A DNA stretch of 64,000 nt from Barthelona sp. PAP020 (taxonomy: Eukaryota): contig JARQWU010000023.1 in assembly GCA_040182905.1 (NCBI GenBank), forward strand, positions 1-64,000. Reading direction: 5' to 3'. A program made the translations under genes and the position numbers. Under the pieces are notes generated by a model that ran no database searches, was not told where the DNA came from, and saw only the letters and a program-made list of their open reading frames with translations. The number at the start of each line of letters is the position of its first letter. The stretch's first letter is position 1. This document shows positions 62,165 through 64,000 of the stretch, one piece after another.

Positions 62165-64000
62165 CTAGTGCTCATTCGACAAAAACTGTAAAAGTCCACG
62201 CACTTCATACAAGGTATCTTTGTACCTTTCAATTTTAACAGTCTCAAAATGCTTCAACACTGTAATAATTCTTGCTAAACTTTCATCTCGATCAATAATG
62301 TGTCCAAACATTTTGAAAACACCAACCATGAAACTCTGCCAAAATTCAAAAGCACTGTTTTTGAAGAATGAACATAAAATGACAATAAAAAGATCAACTA
62401 ATTGTTCATTGTTATCATAACCATCTTCAACAGTGACTAATTTTGTCAATTCAACAAATAATTTATTTGGAGATAACGATTCGATAAAGTTTAAGCATTC
62501 ATTGGATACTTCAAAAGTTTCACAAAGTTTTTGAAACTTTTCATCTGACAAAATATTTTGCCATGCAAAAAGGTCAAGACAATCTTCACAAGTGTCAATA
62601 TTTTCACAAATATCTTTTAAAACTTCATCTATTCTGCAAATTCTTCCATCTGCTGGAATAATAGAGGGTCTTCCTGAAAAATCAGTATCCTTGGTGATAA
62701 TTGCTAAATCTTTGTTTTTTATATCTTCCATTTGTTGATCCAAAAAGAATGGCATGTCTTTAACAGTCTTTAGATCATGTTGTTGTTTTGGTTGATTTCT
62801 TTTTACAACTTCTTTTATGTTACCCAACATCTGAGCTGTTCTTTCAACATTTTTATCAACTGAAAACATTGAATAACCCATATCTATTGTACGATCAATG
62901 TTTTCAGCAGAAAAAACAAAATTATCTGTTTCAACCTCAGATTGTTGGTTTTCAGTTGTGTCGAAATTCATTACATCATAACTGGAAGTAAAATGAACAG
63001 GTAATTTACAAATTTCTTCATCTTCATCAAATTCAGACTCATTATAAATGGAAGGGGTTTGATATGTCAAAGCATTCGACCATAAACAAATATGATTGGA
63101 ATTTTCATGTGTAGTAATGACAAAAGATAAATCTGGTGAGACACTGATACTATTTGGAGATTCTTCATCATCAAAAACCATTTTATCAACACATAAAAAG
63201 TTCAAAACATCCCATACTCTTATGCTATTATCAGCAGAACAAGAAACCATATAAATATTTTGACCAAACCCAAATGAACTTGTGCGTGCAATTGAAGACA
63301 CATTAAGATCAATCCAATCAAGTGATTTAATTGAAGCTTCATGTCCAATGAATCTACGAACAATTTTAATACTGTTGACATCAACAATGACAATCTCAAA
63401 ATTATCTAATGCCACAGCAATAAAACCAGGCAATGGATTATACTTAGCAACTCTGGGACGATGAGGAAGGTCAAGAGAACTAACAACAATTTTTTTCTTG
63501 AAATCAATCTTGTGAAACTTTTTGTCCGTTGTCAATGCAAATATGTATTCATGAAATGGGTCAAAACAAGCAAAAACAACTTTTTTGTCTGAAATTTTGA
63601 TATCAAATCTTTTATCCAAAGATTGTGTGTGGTAAACTCCAAGCATACCTTTTGCAGTGCCTACAACAGAAAAATGTCCACATTGAGAAAATTTAACACA
63701 GGCTATTTCCGATTGGTCAGGTGATTCGATAAACTTATCGAAAATTCTGCCTCCTTTTTTAAAATCCCATAAAAACGCATACTTTACATGTTGATGACAT
63801 GTAATCACATTATGAAATCTACTGTCTGCCAAATGGTAAGAATCCATGCAAGTCACAGAGGGTAATATCCCATTGAATTTGGTCTTTGATCCCTTGACAA
63901 AAAGACTTGGAAATTTTCTCCCATCTCTAACTGGATCATAGGCAAATTTAAAAGTTTGATGATCTCTATGTGTTGAATGACCAAATAAACCATCTAAACT
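62165..64000 (-). CDS. WDR36: UTP21/WDR36 (5' partial)
   Basis: SQCGHFSVVGT, WD40 repeats, Utp21 C-terminus KRNQPK..PFFL, LSP, FEFWQSFM; frame stays open to the window edge. Confidence 0.85.
   Translation of the reverse strand, partial: SLDGLFGHSTHRDHQTFKFAYDPVRDGRKFPSLFVKGSKTKFNGILPSVTCMDSYHLADSRFHNVITCHQHVKYAFLWDFKKGGRIFDKFIESPDQSEIACVKFSQCGHFSVVGTAKGMLGVYHTQSLDKRFDIKISDKKVVFACFDPFHEYIFALTTDKKFHKIDFKKKIVVSSLDLPHRPRVAKYNPLPGFIAVALDNFEIVIVDVNSIKIVRRFIGHEASIKSLDWIDLNVSSIARTSSFGFGQNIYMVSCSADNSIRVWDVLNFLCVDKMVFDDEESPNSISVSPDLSFVITTHENSNHICLWSNALTYQTPSIYNESEFDEDEEICKLPVHFTSSYDVMNFDTTENQQSEVETDNFVFSAENIDRTIDMGYSMFSVDKNVERTAQMLGNIKEVVKRNQPKQQHDLKTVKDMPFFLDQQMEDIKNKDLAIITKDTDFSGRPSIIPADGRICRIDEVLKDICENIDTCEDCLDLFAWQNILSDEKFQKLCETFEVSNECLNFIESLSPNKLFVELTKLVTVEDGYDNNEQLVDLFIVILCSFFKNSAFEFWQSFMVGVFKMFGHIIDRDESLARIITVLKHFETVKIERYKDTLYEVRGLLQFLSNEH

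Overview
AT-rich, gene-dense, almost intron-free eukaryotic DNA, probably from a flagellated protist (a GNW-motif axonemal inner protein, UBXN11, FAM227-like and TMEM218-like genes are present). About 33 protein-coding genes, mostly housekeeping: COPG, SPG11-like, NACA, Rab, KRI1, METTL14-like, TBL1 (one 37-nt intron), ACSL, ubiquilin, MCM2, UTP21. The main standout is an intact 3.9-kb tyrosine-recombinase retroelement (48511-52401). Its putative Gag, DIRS-type RT, RNase H, an unknown domain and the recombinase are all in ONE 1208-aa ORF. It is bounded by TTTTCCGT/ACGGAAAA inverted termini, degenerate subterminal inverted repeats and a GTTC direct repeat, so its circle junction would look like a recombinase site. 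Also notable: a ~400-nt highly structured intergenic ncRNA candidate (10720-11150), an MLKL-like/kinase/ankyrin gene, a TM2-domain pseudogene, a bacterial-type MFS transporter and a recurrent GTGGAA/TGGGAA promoter motif. All family assignments come from reading motifs by eye; no database searches were run.
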